This document shows positions 58,372-64,000 of a stretch of DNA of 64,000 bases, one piece after another. A model generated the notes under the pieces. It searched no databases. It saw only the letters and a program-made list of their open reading frames with translations, and had not been told where the DNA came from. This DNA is from Vitrella brassicaformis CCMP3155 (taxonomy: Eukaryota; Protista; Chromerida). The number at the start of each line of letters is the position of its first letter. The stretch's first letter is position 1. The translations under genes and the position numbers were made by a program. The stretch is from assembly GCA_001179505.1 (NCBI GenBank), contig CDMY01000466.1, forward strand, positions 305,087 through 369,086, given 5' to 3'.

Positions 58372-61300
58372 CATGGATGCATTGCGTCGATCGCCATGAC
58401 GCCGGCCAGCTCTTCGCTGCCGGCCTTCACGTTTCTGTGTTTGAATATCCGGACTTGGCGGCGAAGTTCCGTGCATATGGTGATTTGTTGGATGATTTGT
58501 GTATGTGGGATGGGTGCAAACGCGTTCGTTATGACTTTCTTGCCTTTATTGAGACGAAACAGGACGAGGACGACCCGCCTGTGGCTCTCACTGGCTATAC
58601 TTGCTGGTCTTCGCCGCGTGCCCTCTTGTATAGTAGTTCGGCGAACAAACAAGTCAAGTCGGTCGGGGTTGCATGGTACACGAGTACGCGTGTCACTCAC
58701 CTGCTCACACGTCGAGAGACGCCACTTCGTAATGTAGTCATCCTGAGAGCGGACCAGCAGCTGTTCGGTCTGGACCGCCCGGTGTTTCTGCTTGCCTGCT
58801 ACGTGCCTCCTTTCATGCGCCCCGATGACGACGGTCAGGGTGGTGAGTGGTGGAGTGCCTTCACCCTGCTGTGTGAGCAATTGGCTGAGGATGGTTATGT
58901 GCTTTTGTGTGGTGATTTTAACGGCAAGACGTCGACTGACCCTGACACTTTGCCGCCGTCGGATTATGCAGATATTGGCATTGATTCGACAGCACTGCAC
59001 CCCCTTTTGCTTGATCCACCGACGCGTGTCAGTGATTGCTCTCACCCTCGTAACTGGATGGGCGTCTGGCTGCTCGCTCTGTGCAAGGCATCATGCCTTC
59101 TGCTCTTTAATGGCCGCCAGATAGGCTCCTGCCCTGCTACGAGGACGGCTCAGCCTACGTGTAGACAAGGGAGGAAGCATAGCGTCATTGACTATGTAGC
59201 TGCCTCGCCACAGATCTTCCTTCGCGCCAGTCATTTTTCTGTAGACGACCATGCATTTCATACACCGCACCGATGCCTGTCATGGGCTATCATGCCCGTT
59301 GTGGTGCCTCCATCTTTGACTAGCCTTCGTAGCCGGGTGCAGGCAGCCACGCCAAGGCAGGGCAGGGTGAGATACGTGTGGAGTGCGCAGGCTGTCGGTG
59401 CTATTTGTGCATCATTGGCGACTGACCCTGCTCATATTCATCTACGCTCAGCACATTCTGATGCATGTCGGCGTGGGGATGCCGTTCGTGCGGCATCCTG
59501 TGCGCGAGCACTGCTTGACTCACTGACTCGTCTCTTGCACCGGCACGGTCGTCTTATCGACTGTCGAGCGAGGGCTGCACGCACTCTCCTCAACCAGCTG
59601 GAGGGCAAAGGCCGCCATTTTGGCGTGTCTAAATGCCCTCGCTCCCCTGAGGTCAATCGTGCAATCTCGCGCGCGTCTCATGCCTAGCGTCTCATGCCTA
59701 TCGTGCGTATATATATGCGCTACGATGTGGGTCTGCACATGATGCTGCCCGCACACTAGATGAGTCATTGCGTGCCCGCAGCTATCGTGATCGTGTCTGT
59801 CGTAGGCACAAGTCCGCTCGGGCCAGTGCGTTGTTGCGAGAGGTGACTCTTTCGCGCCGCCACTGCCCTCACGACTTCTGGCGCTTGCTCTCTCCCCCCG
59901 ACACATCATCTCGGTTGCCTGTTGACTGTCCATCAGCTGATGTATTCGCTGGTGCGTTTGCCGCGCTCTTTCAAGGCCTCAATGTACCGTACTTCAATGC
60001 AATGTCTCCTGCGCTGGCTGAACTGCTGAATGAGGCGGTGCGTGGCCCGCCTTTGGCAGTCAGCTGGCAGGCACACCAACCCTTCACTTCTGCCCACCTG
60101 CATGCTGCCCTGACTGACTGCTCTAAGACGAGTGCACCAGGCATGGATGGGATTATGCGGTGGTCCGTCAAGTGGGGGACCCCCTACTGCATGATCTCGC
60201 TGCTGTGTTTCCACTTTCTTTCGGGCGTCTCACTGGGGATATTCATTTGATCGCATTCTCATTCATCCCATCCACAAGAAAGGACCCTTAGATGACCCTG
60301 GCAATTATAGAGGGATTCACTTGCTGCCTGTCTTCATGAAGCTGTATGATAATGTGCTTCAGTCAGAGCTACTGCGTCAGTCAAGAATATGCTCTGAGCA
60401 GGCAGGTTTTCGCACAAACCACTCCACGATCGGTCAGTGCTTTGTCTTGGCATCGCTCATCGAGCGGGCCAGGCGAGCTAACTCCCCTCTGTATGTCTGT
60501 TCTGTCGATTTTCGCAAGGCGTTCGACTCGATCAACCGTAGCCTGCTGTGGTGTAAGTTACGCGCTAGTAGCATTAGTGAGCGACTCGTTCGAGCCCTCG
60601 AGGCCTTGTATGCTAATGTAGAGGCTTGTGTGGATGGCGGATATGAGGGTTTCTCTGCCGTCTTTAATGAACTGCATGGCGTGAAGCAGGGCGGTGTGCT
60701 GGGCCCCTTGCTGTTTTCCCTCTTTGTTAATGACTTGCCTGGCTTCATTCGCGACGGACATGCATCCTCACCTGACCTTCTCCGTTTGCTCGATGTGCTC
60801 GTCTTTTGCCTGCTGTATGCCGATGATCTTGCTCTTATGCACACTACTGCTGCTGGGCTTCAACTTAGCTTGGACCGGTTGTTTGAGTGGTGTCGCCTCA
60901 ACCGCATAGATGTGCACCTAGACAAAAGCAAAATTGTTGTGTTTCATCCTGATCGTGCGCCATTGAGCGAGGCAGGTAGACAATCTTACTTTGGCACGCC
61001 GGACAAGCTGCTAGAACGGGTGCCGTTGGTTCGCTATCTGGGCGTATGGTTTCATGAGAAGGGCGGGTGGAAGCATTATATAGACATGATGGTCAAGAAA
61101 GGGGTGGCTGCGTTAGCGGTATATCGACGTCGCCTTAGGCAGCTTCCTGCCCTTGACCTATAAACACGCTTCCACCTGTATGATGCCACAGTGGCGCTGG
61201 TCTACCTCTAGGTAGTGAGCTGTGGGCGGGCACTAACTGTGACGCTCTTGAGCGTCTCCATCGTCACTACTTGCTGTCATGTATGGGGGTCACTCGTCGT

Positions 61301-62571
61301 GTCTCTACTGAGGCCTTGCTGTGTGAGCTTGGCCGTTTTTCGGTGCTCTTCGAGGCGCGTTGTCGCCAACTGTCCTTCTATATCCGCCTGCGCAATCGCA
61401 GAGCTGGCATCCTTGCAGAGAAGGCTTTTGCTGTTGCACAGCATGCATATCGGTCTGCTCCGTCATTCCGGCGCATGCAAGGCAACGACGCTTACTTCTA
61501 CATGCAAAAGCACAACACGTTCACTCTGTTTGCACGCACATTCGATTTCATGGGCCAGCGTGTCCGGATTAGTCAGATTGGCCCGCTGACTGCTATCGAT
61601 ACCAAGCACATGATCACGGCGCACACAAAGGCAGAGTTTGCTCGTATTTTGACCGAGCGATGGAATCGTGCTCGCTTGCTTGATATGCGTAACACTCCCT
61701 CACTTCCTCTGCCCCTCTCTCTCTCCGCCGAGGCGATATCCTTACTGCCTTGGCGCACATATGCGTGTGGTCAGACAGCTGTTACTCGTAGAGCCCTCTT
61801 TCAGGCACGCAAGGAGCTGTTCGTGCCATCCTCTCTATTCAATCATGCCTTTTCTGTAGCATTTCCTCGCCCACATCGTTCCTTTCCGTCTCCCTTACGT
61901 GACTGCCCGTGTGACATGGATTCGATTGTGTGTATGGCGCCATATGTGCCTGCTGCTGCGTACATGCATGTGGTGCAGTAAGGGCAAGACTGGCTCCATC
62001 GCCTCGTTCAGCCGTTGCCGTGCTTTCCTTCCTACCTGTCACTGCCGTTTCGTAAGCGTTGTGTTCTGTTTCTTTTTCGTATGAGCTGCTACCCTTCTGC
62101 CATCATGGATGGACGCATTCTCGGCCGGCCGCGAGAGGGCAGCGTCTGCCCGTTTTGCTCGCACAGAACCGACTTGCTCGTATCTGCTGTGAGCCTTACT
62201 GGGCAGTCAATCATCCGCCCTCCCATTGAGGATGAGTCTCATATTTTTGCATCCTGTCCACTGTACGATGTCTTCGTGACACACTGCACACAGTTATCAG
62301 CCAGCATGGCGTGACTGCCCTTGATGCCTCTAGTTATCGTCGGTGGCGGAGGTCCCATCCGATTGTGTTCACCTGTTGTGTGCTGCAATCGGACAAACTG
62401 CCGGTGCTTTCTGCAGCGGCCGACTTTCTTCTGTCAGCACATGCAACACGCACTGAGTGGCTTGCGCTTCATTCATTCTTGCCAGACAGTCAGACAGGGG
62501 CAGGTGACGACTTGCTGTACGAACAGCATGTATTAGATCAGTGGGCGCTCGACGTCGAGCTCTCTGACTAG
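58372..62571 (+). pseudogene. LINE ORF2: AP endonuclease + reverse transcriptase + CCHC zinc knuckle, multiply disrupted
   Basis: EN: FLAFIETK, YVPP, LLCGDFNGK, SVIDYV. RT: APGMDG, YRGIHLL, EQAGFR, DFRKAFDSI, GVKQGGVLGPLLFSLFVND, LLYADDL, YLGVWF. Knuckle: CPFC...EDESHIFASC. Stops/frameshifts at about 59687, 60250, 61163, 61981 and 62314. Confidence 0.92.
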
Positions 62572-62928
62572 CCTCTGCGCGTCATGCTTATGTCTGCCTG
62601 TCCTCTCCCACATGCGCAGCCGGGGTTCACAGTGATTTTTCTGACCATAATAGGGCTGGCATGTGCATGTCGAGTGGGTGGGACTGGGAGTGGGCTGGGT
62701 AGATAGGACGTGTGCATCCTTCCATGCATGTGCATGTTGCTAGTTTAGTGCGTGAGACAACAGGATCCCTCCGGGGTTACAGACACGAGTCTCGTTAAAC
62801 ACACTAACCAACCAACCAGAGGTGAGCAGAGGCTGCTTAGAGAGTGCGCTGGGCGTTTCATCTCCCACAGGAGGTGTCATTGACACAGCTGTAGCAAGGG
62901 CCGACAGACGACCCTTCAGAGGAATCGC

Positions 62929-64000
62929 TCACAGAGGATCCACACTACCGAGCACTGTGGTTGTGAAGCGCAAGCACGCGTCAGAGGATGGCCCAGGCGT
63001 CCAGGGGTGCGAGGGAGAGGGAGAAAGGGCCGCCAGGGCGGGACCGGGAGAGTGGCGGGCAGGGGCAGCAGCATCAGCATCCGCATCAGGCTGCGGTCGG
63101 TGCGGAGTGTGTGAGTTCGAGAAGTTGTTGGTGTGTTGTACCGGCATGGCTCGGATGGATCTGTATTTGTGTCCGAGTATGACACGTGCGATGATCATGC
63201 ACCTGACGTGCTCCTCGGCGGCGCCGTCCTCGCCCAGCTGCTCGTGCTTCTCGGCCGTCGTGTAGAGGTCGGCCTTGGAGAAGGTGTCGGCAAAGTACGT
63301 CCCCACGCCAAACAACTTGCCGCGGTGACCACCCGCAAAACTGACAGAGAGAGAGGAAGACATGACGGAGGTGCCTGCCCTTGTGTGTGTGTCATGCAGT
63401 GCAGTTATCGGCCCACTCACCTGCAGTTGAAGCCCTCGGTGCAGATGCTCTGTGTCTTGGCCCACGAGCAGCCGTGGTACAGGAAGGCCTCACACACGTG
63501 ACCCCTCGCACCATCAGCCCCACCACACGCGCCACGCCGCACCAGGTCGGTCTTGAGCAGCGGGTTCAGCTGCGACGCGTCACACCGCATCCGCACCAAT
63601 GGCTCCGCCGCAGCCCCGGCCACACCCACACCGACCCCCCCAGCCTCCTCGCCCTTGTGATGGATCAGATGCAGACTGGCATACGTCTGGCGGTAGATGT
63701 CGGCGTATTTGCGCAGCAGCGAGGGGTTGGTAATGCGCTCGACGTAGAGGAGGTCGACCTGGGGCGGCGGGCGGAAGACGGCCGAGTGGAATGTCTCCCG
63801 GTGAGAGGTGAGGGCCGACGACACCATGAGCTCGATGTAGGTGTGCTCGCGGCTGCCCGGCTCCACCCGCTCGCACCGCGGCACCTCTTTGCTGTCGCTG
63901 TCTTTGCTGCTGTCGCGGTGTTGCCAGAATGGGGAGGGGAGGGGCAGGGACCAGGCAGACAGCGACCGGCTGGCCGCCATGCCCCGCACCAGGCCATCCG
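62929..64000 (-). CDS. PARP catalytic-domain (ADP-ribosyltransferase) protein, 3' part; 5' end outside the window
   Basis: VERITNPSLLRKY, EAFLYHGCSWAKTQSICTEGFN|..GKLFGVGTYFADTFSKADLYT...MIIARVILG. Confidence 0.85.

Larger units (their letters stand above)
55366..62817 (+). mobile_element. Degenerate APE-type non-LTR retrotransposon (LINE) with ORF1, long spacer, ORF2 and (AACC)n tail; 5' end undefined
   Basis: See the ORF1 and ORF2 entries. The 3' end reads gtctcgttaaacacactaaccaaccaacc. No target-site duplication found by eye. Confidence 0.85.

Noticed and set aside
54400-62840. Target-site duplication for the LINE
   Set aside because: No match to the sequence after the (AACC)n tail was found upstream by eye; the 5' end is undefined.

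Overview
Gene-dense eukaryotic nuclear DNA: GC-rich exons, many short GT-AG introns full of (CA)n/(GACA)n/(TG)n/(TCTG)n microsatellites, and plastid-type bipartite leaders. This fits the chromerid alga Vitrella brassicaformis (inferred from style, not verified). Positions 1-52,200 hold about 18 genes, mostly in head-to-head pairs. They include a secreted circularly permuted GH16 glucanase, a membrane PAS protein, two RING proteins, XRN1, SPF27, an ankyrin protein, RPB12, a Trp-rich ESV1/LESV-like repeat protein with a duplicated degenerate 3' end, an intron-containing tRNA-Glu, a double HNH nuclease, a DUF202-like protein, an LPA1/DUF3493-like protein, a COPI-associated/TVP15 protein, TMEM184 and an organellar PheRS. 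Positions 53,000-62,820 are a decayed region dominated by a two-ORF APE-type LINE, followed by the 3' end of a PARP-domain gene. Main leads: (1) introns polarised as 5' AC-rich / 3' GT-rich halves that could pair, (2) a recurring AGCTCGCA motif in divergent promoters, (3) the ESV1-like protein in a cytosolic-amylopectin lineage, (4) the spliced, possibly organelle-targeted HNH nuclease beside a tRNA. Gene models were spliced by eye; multi-exon spans are given as start-to-stop.
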